A stretch of DNA of 64,000 nucleotides from Narcine bancroftii (taxonomy: Eukaryota): assembly GCF_036971445.1 (NCBI RefSeq), contig NC_091474.1:82584001-82648000 (forward strand). The letters run 5' to 3'. Below the pieces are notes generated by a model. That model was given only the letters and a program-made list of their open reading frames with translations, did not search any database and was not told the origin of the DNA. Numbering within the stretch: position 1 is the stretch's first letter; every line of letters begins with the position of its first letter. Below are positions 51,882 to 64,000 of the stretch, piece by piece. The translations under genes were made by a program, and so were the position numbers.

Positions 51882-53119
51882 ATGTTCTTCAGCCAATAGC
51901 ACATTTCCTCCCAAATGAGAAAGAATTTCAAATGCTCAAGTTTGGACATAATCACTTATAACAGAAAATATAAGCATTGAAAATCATAAAATATTTCAGA
52001 AAAAGTACACAACCTCCCGTCTTCTTGTTTCACTGCCTCATCCATAGATTTCAAGTCCTGGTGCTGTATCTGGCTACTGGATGGCCACCCCCTTTCACTT
52101 TGATGCCCCAGTTGCTCCAGAGTTCATAGAATATAACAGCAGAGTACAGATCATTTGGCCCTTGATGTTGTGCCAACCTCTATAACCCGACTGAACAAAC
52201 TAAACTGACTTCATCACGCCCATAACCCTCTGTTTCTCCTGCATCCATTCTTGGTCTTTTACTTTCAATCAGAATAGAAACATTGGCTGTTTTTTTCTGC
52301 ACAGATGTTGCCCAACCTGCTGAGCATCTTCAGCATTTTCCAATGTTTTATTCCGCATTTCCACCAACTGCAGTTTTTCTTTTGATCTTTTTTTTGAGCA
52401 GTCTGGGATGGGTGAAAGTGCAACAAGAGTGAATGTGTTGCTGAGGAATCTACAGTGGGAGATGGGTTGTGCCACTGACGTCCCGGATCTCTGACTGACA
52501 CCTTTTTGCTCACCAGTAGCATCACTTGGCTCAGAGTGGACCCGTTGCAGAGACCGGACCTGGTGAGGCAAAGTATCCATTTGAAACTGGGGGCACTCTA
52601 TGACAGGGCCATTGATCCACCCCAAAGGGACTCCAAAATTAAGGCCAAGGTCTCCCAGCCTCATACAGCTTCCTGCAACAGGCTTGGAAAAGAATGACTG
52701 TGTTCTTTTAATTTCACTGGCCATCTTGCTGTGCAATCTTGCCACCGACGAAATCCAATCAAGAAACCAGAGGGAACTTCTGTCCAATATTTTATCCTAA
52801 AGTGGCACTTCCACCCCCTGCACCAAAATGTCTGTCCCCATGTGTGCACTCAAGTTCCTAAACCCACAACTTTCTTTCGCAGAGATGAGAGAGTTCCCAC
52901 CAACCCATAGCTGACAGCATGAAAAGGTGATCTGTCTGCACAATAATCTTCAGTCAAGCTTCAATGTCTTTAAGCGACATTAACAGGTGGAATTACCTTG
53001 CATGATGTAATGACCTCATGACCTTTGGTCCAGTCTATCTTGCAGCAACTCAACCGATTCATTATCCAGATTCATGCAGTACAAAGGACTTGTTTGAAAA
53101 ATAGGCAGTTTTACATATA

Positions 53120-54402
53120 TCCTCAACATGATTATCCAACTGCACGAAAACCAACAAGGTCGGGTCAGATACAGCAATGAGCTCTCTGAACCCTTCTCCA
53201 TTAACAATGGCGTGAAGCAAGGCTGTGTTCTCGCACCAACCCTCTTTTCAATCTTCTTCAGCATGATGCTGAACCAAGCCATGAAAGACCCCAACAATGA
53301 AGACGCTGTTTACATCCGGTACCGCACGGATGGCAGTCTCTTCAATCTGAGGCGCCTGCAAGCTCACACCAAGACACAAGAGAAACTTGTCCGTGAACTA
53401 CTCTTTGCAGATGATGCCGCTTTAGTTGCCCATTCAGAGCCAGCTCTTCAGCGCTTGACGTCCTGCTTTGCGGAAACTGCCAAAATGTTTGGCCTGGAAG
53501 TCAGCCTGAAGAAAACTGAGGTCCTCCATCAGCCAGCTCCCCACCATGACTACCAGCCCCCCCACATCTCCATCGGGCACACAAAACTCAAAACGGTCAA
53601 CCAGTTTACCTATCTCGGCTGCACCATTTCATCAGATGCAAGGATCGACAATGAGATAGACAACAGACTCGCCAAGGCAAATAGCGCCTTTGGAAGACTA
53701 CACAAAAGAGTCTGGAAAAACAACCAACTGAAAAACCTCACAAAGATAAGCGTATACAGAGCCGTTGTCATACCCACACTCCTGTTCGGCTCCGAATCAT
53801 GGGTCCTCTACCGGCACCACCTACGGCTCCTAGAACGCTTCCACCAGCGTTGTCTCCGCTCCATCCTCAACATCCATTGGAGCGCTCACACCCCTAACGT
53901 CGAGGTACTCGAGATGGCAGAGGTCGACAGCATCGAGTCCACGCTGCTGAAGATCCAGCTGCGCTGGATGGGTCACGTCTCCAGAATGGAGGACCATCGC
54001 CTTCCCAAGATCGTATTATATGGAGAGCTCTCCACTGGCCACCGTGACAGAGGTGCACCAAAGAAAAGGTACAAGGACTGCCTAAAGAAATCTCTTGGTG
54101 CCTGCCACATTGACCACCGCCAGTGGGCTGATAACGCCTCAAACCGTGCATCTTGGCGCCTCACAGTTTGGCGGGCAGCAGCCTCCTTTGAAGAAGACCG
54201 CAGAGCCCACCTCACTGACAAAAGGCAAAGGAGGAAAAACCCAACACCCAACCCCAACCAACCAATTTTCCCTTGCAACCGCTGCAATCGTGTCTGCCTG
54301 TCCCGCATCGGACTGGTCAGCCACAAACGAGCCTGCAGCTGACGTGGACTTTTTTTACCCCCTCCATAAATCTTCGTCCGCGAAGCCAAGCCAAAGAAAG
54401 AG
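53120..54402 (+). mobile_element. RTE-clade LINE 3' fragment (copy 2), near-identical to copy 1
   Basis: The 404-aa ORF 53128..54342 is identical to the C-terminal part of ORF 586..2523. Same 3' UTR, ending GCCAAAGAAAGAG; 5'-truncated. Confidence 0.95.
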
Positions 54403-57400
54403 CAACTAAATTATTTTATTACTTATGTTCATTTGTGAAATAGCTGAACATTTCTACTTGTATTGAAACTTATCTGATACCAAGAGCCTCAAAATTATTT
54501 GCATAAATGTGAAGTCCAACAGGAGTCATCAAGCAGTTCAATGTAATTAAATTGAACATTTTGTCCATAGTACAAGCTTAGAATCAAATGAATGGCCAAT
54601 TAAAAAGTTTTAGAGATGTTTGTGAAGTAAAGAATACTGGGCAGGAGACTAAGCTCTTTAACCATTTCCTTGGAAGCGTCCACTTGTCCTTCTGAGCAGG
54701 CTGACAGAGCCCTGGGTCTTCATCGGGCCTCTGGTAATGATGGACTCCCTCAGTCCTGAACTGCAATTGCAGATCACCTCAAAACCCCATTATAGGGTTC
54801 TGAACTGGCTCAGAACACTCGTTAGGTCACATAATTTCTTGTCACTGCATTGCAACAAGAATACTGTGGCACATTGGTGAGGGTACAAAAGAGAGTCAGA
54901 AGAATGTTGCTAGAATTGGAAAATTGAAGTTAAGGGTGCAAGGTTGGACTTAATTTCCTTGGAATGAAGTCAATGAAAGTAAAATCTCATGGTGTTTAAA
55001 ATGATGAGAGGACAAGACAAGAAGGATTTATGTTCAACAATGAACGAACACTGATTTAGGTATGAGAGGGAAGTTGAAGACAAATTTTTTTTACCCAAAT
55101 TGGGGGTTGGAACTCCTGCTGAAAAGGATGGTGGAGGCAGTTACCTCGATTACAATTGCACATGGAGATCTGTAACAAGCAGAGCGATGGATCAGCAGCT
55201 GGGGAGTGGAAGCAAACAAACTAACTGGTCTTGACAAGACTTACATAATGACCCCCACAACCTTATTCTATTCAGCAAGTTTATTAATAATTCCAGATAA
55301 AAGTAAAATGAAAAAAAAAATGTTGCCCATTTGTCAGTGGTCTAGGGTTAATTTTAAAAATAAAATGGATTATGGCCTGTTAGTCGCTACCAATAAATTT
55401 CATTGTATGTTCATTGCACTTCTAGGTTTCATTCCTAGATGCTGCTGCCATTTTGAACAACACTAGACTGACCGTTGGAATGTTACTCTTCGATGAAAGC
55501 GTTTATCACAGTTAAAAGATAAATCAGAAGTCAAGGGAAGTGTGTTTGTTTGATTTGCAAGGAATCTGTTAACTTTAAAAGCCTAACTTCATAGCCTATC
55601 AGACAGATTTATACATAGCATCATAATCCTTAATGTGGACACTTGGGCCGTGAACTATATTCACTGAGTTGTGGAGGAATGTTGGAGACGGCCTTGTCCC
55701 TTTCATGATCTTTTCTCCTGTTTTTATTTTGCACGGCTTTTTGAACGAGAGCTTTATTGTATTCATTTAAATTAAATTTAACAGGAGCAGATACAGAAAT
55801 GCCTGCTGTAATCTATGAGCATGTCAATAAACTAAAATAACGTCAAGTTAAACTGTTCAGTAGTGTTGTATAGTGATTTTGATAGAAAATGAATTTTCCA
55901 TGGCACAGGGGTTTTCTGGTCCAATAATATTTTTCTTGCAGTGTAACTGCTTGGAAAACTGCCAGAATTAATATTGTTTGGTCCGTGACTCCTTATATTT
56001 TTCAGTATGTGGGCCACAACCAAAAAGGTTTGTCCACACCTGGTCTAACCCCTCCAACCCTGCGCTCGCTATCCTGGTCATCTCCCCTCTGCACTCGAAA
56101 TCTGAGTGAAGGATTCCAACCCGAAACATTGGCCATTCCTTTTCACCTATTGATGCTGCTTGACCTGCTGTGTTCCCCCATCACTTATCACTTGTAACCT
56201 CTGTCCTTCATTTATTGTTTGAGGATAGTAGGTTGCATTGGTGTAGGAGTCTGCTCAGGACAGGGGCAGCGGGGGTGGGAAGGGAATGTTCCCCTCGAGA
56301 ACACTGAAGCCCCTCGCACTTTCTAATGCTGGGCTATTTCCCTCAATTACTGCTTTTCTGCAAAGATTGGAAATTAGACCTGGAAGATATTACTGTCTCA
56401 TCCCCTCCTGTCTACGACTGAATATTAAGATCTATTTACTTAAACACTCAAAAAGACAACCACTGAATTGCAACTAGATCTAACATGGAGAATAAACATT
56501 TCGCAAGTTGGCAGAAATTAATCACACGTTACAGACAAACTAAATCAGTTAACATATCAACATATTTATTTGCTTTTCACCACACTCCCAACATTTGTGA
56601 AAAGAGATTACTGATAACACCATATGGAACAGTAAAAATCTGAAACAGGCTGTCGTGCAGATTGGAGGAGATGCTTGTGCTCCAAGCAGGAAGAGTGTTT
56701 TTGGGTCCTGAAGTGTTATTTTTCTCTCCATTCAGAGAGGAACCTGTCAATGTTTTACCAAAAGGAGCATCAACAACTCAACCCTGCTAACAGCACGTGT
56801 CTGCAAAATCACTCACAACTTCATGGTGAAGGAGAGAAGAGAAAAGGCAGTATTTATTTGTATATATGAATGCTTGTCCCCTATGTGTATTGTTGTCTGT
56901 GTGTTATGTCTGATTGTGTGTCTGCGTATTTAGCACTGAGGACCTGAGAGTGTTCTTTCATCAGGTTGTACTTGTACAATCAGAAGACAATAAACTTGAC
57001 TTAAAAAAGAAAGAAATCTTCTAATGATTTGGTTGACATGTCTGAAGCCTCAATTAACTTGACGAAACAAGCCTAATGCAGAAATTCAAGCAACTAGCAA
57101 AAAAAAATGTGGAAAATGAACAAGTAAAAAATATGGAAGTTTAAAATTGGTGACTCCCTGGTGATTATTTCGCCAATTCACACAACCCCCAATCTCAAGC
57201 AACTGGAAAATTCACTTATTCACACATGTGCTGGATACTAGGGGTTTTACTGTGTGTGATTTTCTTAGTACTTATCACAGTGTTAGTGCTTCCCAAAACA
57301 TTTTGCAGCCAATTAAGCTATTTTGGTGTCACCCTGATGTAAATGTGGAATATGTGACAGCCAATTTATCAGAGCAAGTTTCTTACAAATTGGAACACAA

Positions 57401-57728
57401 TGTTGCTTCATAATAATCATCTGATTGACAACGAATGAGGGAAAGATATTGGTTTGAGCACTGGCCGAGAATATAGAAGAGTTCAGGAACAGGTCCTTCG
57501 GCTAAACGTGTCTGCAATGGACGCAGTGTCAATCCAACTCATCCCATCTGCCTGAATGTGGTCTGCCCCATTTCAAAATATCTGCGTTCACCCAAAAGAT
57601 GGGACTGGAGTCTAAAAGTGCACTCCCACTGCACGTGTGGGAGAGCGGCCCAGATTGATATGTGCAAGTCTCTAGAGTGTGAGCTGAACCACACTCTGAG
57701 AGTGCTACCCACAGAGCCATGTTGATAA

Positions 57729-58327
57729 CACTGGACAACAAATGTTTTCAAAAGGTTTTGGTTCCAGAACAAAAAATGGGGATTATGATAGACAACTTCA
57801 AGATGAACACAAAAATAATTTCAGATTTGCTGTTTCATAAAGGAAGTTGGAGAAACATTAAATGAACCTTTATTGAATTTAGCATATTTAATCACATAAT
57901 GATGTTGACACTTCGCTTTAGTTCAACTGACCTAAAAATGTTTTTACTCACCATTTGATGCCTCTCGTGTAAATGTCCAATGATAGTCGGCCAGCATTGA
58001 TGGATTCCTGTTGCCCTGATACCGCTTTTCCATGGTCGTGATGTCCTGGTGAAACCTTTCACCATATTCGTCACTGACTACACCAAGATGAGCAGGGAAG
58101 ACGTCCAAGTGCGAATGCAGAAAATGAACTTTCAATGACATATTGGACTTCATGGCTTTGGATGCATGAAGTAGAGTTAAAATGTAACAGGAAATCACAA
58201 AAAAAAGGTTATATCTAAGAAATGGTATGTGATAGGACAATTTTAAGATGATTTTTGTGACCAGCAGTCCAAAATCCAGAAAATACACCCATAAAAGTCC
58301 AGGAGGCATAATCTTCATTGTCCAGTG
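57729..58327 (-). mobile_element. Chapaev3-like (CMC) DNA transposon deletion derivative
   Basis: TIRs CACTGGACAA...TTGTCCAGTG with TAA on both sides (3-bp TWA TSD). It contains the transposase C-terminal remnant MSLKVHFLHSHLDVFPAHLGVVSDEYGERFHQDITTMEKRYQG. Family assignment rests on termini, TSD and motif recognition. Confidence 0.75.
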
Positions 58328-58634
58328 TAATCAAAGTCATGGCTGTAAGGTGACACATGATGAAAAAGCATTCTTGATTGGTGGGACAAGCAGTAAGTGC
58401 ACCTTCCTTTGGAATGGGAATATATTCAAGGATTTTTCGACATCAAATGTGAAAGGCAGTGGAACACAGGATCTGATGAAGGATCTTAGAGCTAGACTAT
58501 TAAGCAAGAATATCCAGCACTGGGGAGCCAGATGATCTTAAAGGAGTGATGATTGAAAATCACATGGATCTTTTCTCTTTTGCATCTGGCTTTTTGTCTC
58601 AAATTGTTCAGACAACAGCATCCGGGCAACTTAC

Positions 58635-58783
58635 CTGCAGCACACGAGTAGACTCTGTAATGTTCTCGGGGACACTGGCCTCATAGGTGTTCTGCAGGAA
58701 GATGGGTCGGTTGTCATTGACATCCATCACTGTGACATACACGGTGGCCGTCCCAGTCCTTCTGCCACCGGCAGGCCCATTAT
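58635..58783 (-). CDS. CDH23: Cadherin-23 coding exon (equivalent to human exon 28), 149 bp
   Basis: Minus strand reads ...tctctgcag|AT AAT GGG CCT...GTG CTG CAG|gtaagt. It translates (D)[49 protein letters not shown], matching recalled human CDH23 [41 protein letters not shown]. DxNDN calcium motif present; canonical AG/GT. Confidence 0.95.
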
Positions 58784-58948
58784 CTGCAGAGATAAGACCA
58801 AGTCATAAATGTGCACCAACCAAAACGATGAGATTCTTTCTCGAGCTCAGAAACGTACTTCAAAACTTTTCTCAGGCATGAAAATCCATGCACAGGGCCA
58901 TGTGAAAGTCAAAGGGGCACTCATCATATGTTCACTTCTACTGTGGGC

Positions 58949-59782
58949 TTACCTCTGCCCTGTCATCATCTCCATCCCGTCCTCACCTCTGCCCCATCAC
59001 CTCCTCAGCCCTGTCCCCACCTCCGTCCTGTCCTCACCTTCTCTGCCCTGCCCCTACCTCCATCTTGTCCTCACCTCCACCCCGTCACCTCCTCTGCCCT
59101 GTCCCCACCTCCGTCCTGTCCTCACCTTCTCTGACCTGCCCCTACCTCCATCCTGTCCTCACCTCCACCCCATCACCTCCTCTGCCCAGTCCCCACCTCC
59201 ATCCTGTCCTCACCTCTGTCTGTCCTCACCTCCGCCCTGTCATCACCTCCATCGTCACCTCCTCTGCCCTGTCTCTACCTCCGCCTGTCCCTACATCCAC
59301 ACTCACCTCTGCCCTGTACTCACATCTGTCCTGTTCCCACCTCTGCCCTGTCCTCACCTCTGCCTGTCCCTACATCCACCCTCACCTCTGCCCTGTACTC
59401 ACCTCTGTCCTGTTCCCATCTCTGCCCTGTCCCCACCTCCATCCTGTCCTCACCTCCACCTGTCCCTACATTCGCCCTCACTCCACCCTGTACTCACCTC
59501 TGCCCTGCCCCACCTCTGCCTGTCCCTACATCCGCCCTCACCTCCGTCCTGTTCCCACCTCTGCCCTGTCCCCACCTCCATTCTGTCCTCACCTCTGCCT
59601 GTCCCTACATCTGCCTCACCTCTGCCCTGTACTCACCTCTGTCCTATTCCCACCTCCACCTGTCCCTACATCCGCCCTCACCTCCATTCTGTCCCCACTT
59701 CTGCCTGTCCCTACATCTGGCCTCACCTCCGCCCTGCACTCACCTCTGTCCTGTTCACCTCTGCTCTGTCTTCACCTCACCC
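58949..59782. repeat. C-rich minisatellite, degenerate unit of about 17 bp (CCTCACCTCTGCCCTGT)
   Basis: Dozens of variant units are directly visible. They produce spurious Pro/Cys/His/Leu-rich ORFs. Confidence 0.92.
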
Positions 59783-60731
59783 ACTCCTTTCAATATTCTC
59801 TTTTCTAAAGCAACCATTCACTTTTAAAAAAGCTCAGGATAAATGCCAATGGAATAAATAAAGAGGACATGTATTATTTAGCAGGGAAATGAAATAGATG
59901 AGAATTATCCTCCTATGTATAACAGGGAGCAGTGAAGTTAGGAAGCTTTCAGAAGATGATGTTGCTCCCCTTTGTGAAGGCCTAAATCACTGGAGAATCA
60001 GCAGGACTTTCAGGGCGGGGGGGAACACACCATTTGACAGGGATGGATCTGATTGGGTAATTACTCTGTCAATTGCTTCTGAAGACCATGATGCTTTGAG
60101 TGACCCCAATTAACTTTTTACAACTCTCTACTTTCATGAGATTTGTTCAGGATAATTACTTTACTTTCAGGTATAGATGTTGTTGTAGGCTGGACATGAA
60201 TGCCACTTGCATTCATGGAGTAAGGTAGCACAGAAAGAGATACCAATCCACTGAGTTCACAATGATCATTACCCACCCAATTATACAAGTCCCACTTTTA
60301 TTATCCCCACATTCCGCTTAATGACCACTCACCAACACATTAGGGCAGGGCTGCACAAACTTTAACTGGCTTTGGCCACATACAAAAAAATAAGGAATGT
60401 GGGCCAAACAATATTAGGCCCAACAGTTTCCTTTAACAGTCTGTTAAAAGTCTGTACAGAGGCAATGGCAATCAGGCTAGGTATTTGAACCCCATTGGAG
60501 AGCGCGGAGGCTTCACTCCCTGCTCTCCATGGGTCTGCACCAGCAGCAGCGCCTGCTGTTACAGCAGCTCTGGCAGTGCCACCATTTTTTATTCTAATGG
60601 TCCACTTAAAATGGGCAATGGGCCAGGGTTGGCCTGTGGAACGTACTTTGGCCACCCCAGCATTAGGGGTACAATTACAGTAATGACCTGATCTACCAAT
60701 GTCTTTGGAAATGTTGTCACAAGAAGGATAT

Positions 60732-61700
60732 CAAGTCAAGTTTATTGTCATCTGATTGTACAAGTACAAGTACAAGAAACTGTGTTCTCCGGTCCTCAGT
60801 GCAAAACATGCAGATGCACCACCAGACATAAAACACCTACCAACAATACATATGCAGGACAAGTAATTCATCTTTAGAAATAAATAATGATTGTTTTGTA
60901 CATATGAGATTCTCCGATGGTCAGTGTGAGCAGTTCATTTTCATGAGCATCCTCGCTGTCCGTGGGAAGAAGCTGTTCCTCACCTGGTGGAGCTGCCTCT
61001 GATCCTCCTGGATCTCTTTCTCATTGAGAGCAGCTGAAAGATGCTGTGTGTGGAATGGAAGGGATCCTCAATGATTTTGCGCGCCCTCTTCTGACAACGA
61101 TTCTGATAGATTGTGTCGATGGGGGGGGAGGGAGGCTCCATTGATCCTCTCTGCCACTCTTTGATCCCGTGGATTTATCTCTTTGCGGCAACCGTGCCAC
61201 ACTGTGATGCAGCTGGCCAGGACGCTCTTGATAGAGCTCCTGCAGAAGGTTAACTTACTGGTGGCTGGTAGACTTGCCCGATTTAGTCTTCTCAGGAAGT
61301 GTAGTCGCTGTTACGCCTTCCGGACAAGTGAGGAGATATTAAGTGTCACTAGTTAGTGAACTCCAAGGACCTTAGTGCTTTCAACTCTCTCTACTACAGA
61401 GTTGTTGATGTATAGGGGAGGTTAGTTGTTCCTGGTCATCCTGAAGTCCACAAGCAGATCCTTCATCGTGTCCACATTGAGACTTGGGTGGTTACGCTCG
61501 CACCATTTCATGAGATTTTCCACCTCTTCTCTGCAGTGCAACTCAATGTTGTTGCTGACGACTGTTGTGTCAACTGCAAACTTGACACTGTTGGAGCTGG
61601 ATCTGCCAATGCTGTAGCATGAACAGGAGCGATTAAGCACACAGCCCTGAGGCGTGCCAGTGCTCGACATTCTGTTTTTGATCCGGACTGCAAAATTCTT
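60732..61700 (-). mobile_element. Second Rex1/Babar-type family fragment (relatives at about 16075-16720, 20605-21180 and 56850-57003)
   Basis: STGTPQGCVL...VKFAVDTTVV...EEVENLMKWCERNHPSLNVDTMKDLLVDFR is a decayed RT. Tail AATAAACTTGACTTGA. Confidence 0.75.
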
Positions 61701-62637
61701 CACACATCAGTACCAGATACTGAATCTGGGACACTGGAGCTGTGAGATAGCAGCTCCACGAGGTGCACCACTGTACCACTCTCCAGGCTCGAGAATGAGC
61801 TCAAGATTAATTAAAGCACATGGGGGTCTATTCTATGGGAATAAGGAACAGTGATCCCAATAGGAAAAAGACGAGTCAAAATGATTAAAACATTGCAAGA
61901 AATCACATCTATAAAGTGTTAAAACTCATTTATTGAATATAATTTCAATGAGTTATTGTTTGCTAAAACACACCAAAGTGAGAAATCTTGTAAAAATGAA
62001 TTAGACAAATGCTCAAGCAAGGAACAATGAAGGAGACCAAGATGGATGAAGGGATGAGAATCAAATCATGGAGATAAGAACTGTGTTAAGCACACTGAAT
62101 CTCCCCATTTCTAACCTCTCATTCCATTCTCACAACTCCAGGATTTCTCATGGTTATGCAGCTCAATTTAAATTTAACTTTTTGAGTAAAATGAATGGCG
62201 TCAGAAATGAACAGACAATGCAACTCTTCAAAATAGTTTTACTGCTGAGAATTTTGGAAGAAATACATTTTCATTGTTTTAAGTAGATTTAATGTAAATT
62301 AACACAAAAATCAGGTTTATTTGAAGAAATGCTCCTTTTTCTATTTAAAAAAAATATTTTGACATACAGCATGGTAACCAGCCCTTCCAGCCCATGAGCC
62401 CATGCTGCCCAAATACCGTAATTAAACTACAACCCTCGTACGTTTTGGAAGGGTGGAAGGAAACCAGAACACCCAGAGGAAACCCATGCAGACATACAAA
62501 ATCCTTACAAACTGCATTGGATTCAAACCCAGGTATCTGGCGCTGTGATAGCATTGCGTTAACTACAATTCTAACTGTGCTAACAATGAGAAGTGGATAT
62601 GTCTAGGTTATATGATCTATTTCTCCCACATAAATAG

Positions 62638-62795
62638 GACGGCACTGTTGGCATAGCAGTTATCGAAATGCTTTTACAGCACCAGCGATCTGGACCCGGG
62701 TTTGAATCCTTGCACATTCTCCCTGTATCTGCCTGGGTTCACTCCAGTTTCCTCCCACCATTCCAAATGCACCGGGGGTATTGGTTAATTGGGTG
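62638..62795 (+). mobile_element. tRNA-derived SINE truncated at the RTE copy 3 junction
   Basis: Head and core (GGGTTTGAATCC; GTTTCCTCCCACC...GGTTAATTGGGTGT) run directly into RTE sequence at 62796. Confidence 0.7.
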
Positions 62796-64000
62796 TCTCC
62801 AACCTCAACCGATGGTCAGAACACTTCCAATCTCTTTTCAGTGCCAACCGCTCAGTCCAAGATTCCGCCCTGCTCCAGCTCCCTCAACAGCCCCTAAGGC
62901 TAGAGCTGGATGTGGTCCTCACCCGGGAAGAGACATATAAGGCAATTAAACAACTGAAAAGTGGCAAAGCAGCAGGTATGGATGGAATCCCCCCAGAGGT
63001 CTGGAAGGCTGGCGGCAAAACTCTGCATGCCAAACTGCATGAGTTTTTCAAGCTTTGTTGGGACCACGGAAAACTGCCTCAGGACCTTCATGATGGCATC
63101 ATCATCACCCTGTACAAAAACAAAGGCGAGAAATCAGACTGCTCAAACTACAGGGGAATCACGCTGCTCTCCATTGCAGGCAAAATCTTCGCTAGGATTC
63201 TCCTAAATAGAATAATACCTAGTGTTGCCGAGAATGTTCTCCCAGAATCACAGTGCGGCTTTCGCGCAAACAGAGGAACTACTGAAGTGGTCTTTGCCCT
63301 CAGACAGCTCCAAGAAAAGTGCAGAGAACAAAACAAAGGACTCTACATCACCTTTGTTGACCTCACCAAAGCCTTCGACACCGTGAGCAGGAAAGGGCTT
63401 TGGCAAATACTAGAGCGCATCTGCACGAAAACTGCACGAAAACCAACAAGGTCGGGTCAGATACAGCAATGAGCTCTCTGAACCCTTCTCCATTAACAAT
63501 GGCGTGAAGCAAGGCTGCGTTCTTGCACCAACCCTCTTTTCAATCTTCTTCAGCATGATGCTGAACCAAGCCATGAAAGACCTCAACAATGAAGACGCTG
63601 TTTACATCCGGTACCGCACGGATGGCAGTCTCTTCAATCTGAGGCGCCTGCAAGCTCACACCAAGACACAAGAGAAACTTGTCCGTGAACTACTCTTTGC
63701 AGACGATGCCGCTTTAGTTGCCCATTCAGAGCCAGCTCTTCAGCGCTTGACATCCTGTTTTGCGGAAACTGCCAAAATGTTTGGCCTGGAAGTCAGCCTG
63801 AAGAAAACTGAGGCCCTCCATCAGCCAGCTCCTCACCATGACTACCAGCCCCCCCACATCTCCATCGGGCACACAAAACTCAAAACGGTCAACCAGTTTA
63901 CCTATCTCGGCTGCACCATTTCATCAGATGCAAGGATCGACAACGAGATAGAAAACAGACTCGCCAAGGCAAATAGCGCCTTTGGAAGACTACACAAAAG
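62796..64000 (+). mobile_element. RTE-clade LINE (copy 3), 5'-truncated, frameshifted, runs off the window end
   Basis: ORF 62789..63472 matches the copy 1 RT N-terminus with several substitutions. There is a deletion-insertion at 63421-63430, after which RT homology continues to 64000. It abuts a truncated SINE. Confidence 0.95.

Larger units (their letters stand above)
8413..58634 (-). other. 50.2-kb CDH23 intron hosting a nested antisense gene
   Basis: GT at 58634-58633 and AG at 8414-8413. The flanking exons join in frame to give continuous CDH23 sequence (...STRVLQ|VEATDAD...). Confidence 0.9.

Noticed and set aside
52269-52787. 172-aa minus-strand ORF
   Set aside because: It spans a palindromic repeat half and low-complexity sequence and has no recognisable homology.
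58809-59861. 350-aa and 247-aa Pro/Cys/His-rich ORFs
   Set aside because: They are translations of a stop-poor C-rich minisatellite. Several frames are open, with no domain or gene structure.
58784-64000. Search for the preceding CDH23 exon here, and for VSIR (also nested in human CDH23) anywhere in the window
   Set aside because: No matching peptide was seen; both are probably outside the window.

Overview
Eukaryotic (vertebrate) genomic DNA. The repeat content suggests a cartilaginous fish, probably a ray or skate; this is an inference. The window lies inside a cadherin-23 (CDH23) orthologue on the minus strand. Five coding exons are present (58635-58783, 8352-8412, 6490-6638, 4981-5116, 4046-4434), with sizes 149/61/149/136/389 bp and phases matching human exons 28-32 as I recall them. 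The 50.2-kb intron between the first two exons holds a nested, opposite-strand C10orf105 orthologue (41998-42414). Its frame runs to the conserved ESTKM C-terminus but has one in-frame TGA at a conserved Trp. The remainder is transposon-rich: three young RTE-clade LINE copies (one inverted relative to the other two), Chapaev3-like derivatives, hAT/Harbinger/TcMar MITEs, two solo LTRs with 5-bp TSDs, CR1, Rex/Babar, Tx1 and Penelope fragments, tRNA-SINEs and a C-rich minisatellite. Several short local copy-paste events (direct and inverted, 8-330 bp) look like templated-insertion repair scars. I found no prokaryote-type system such as CRISPR or operons. The best leads are the stop-interrupted nested gene, the inverted RTE pair bracketing an in-frame exon block, the splice-donor-rich minisatellite and the templated insertions.
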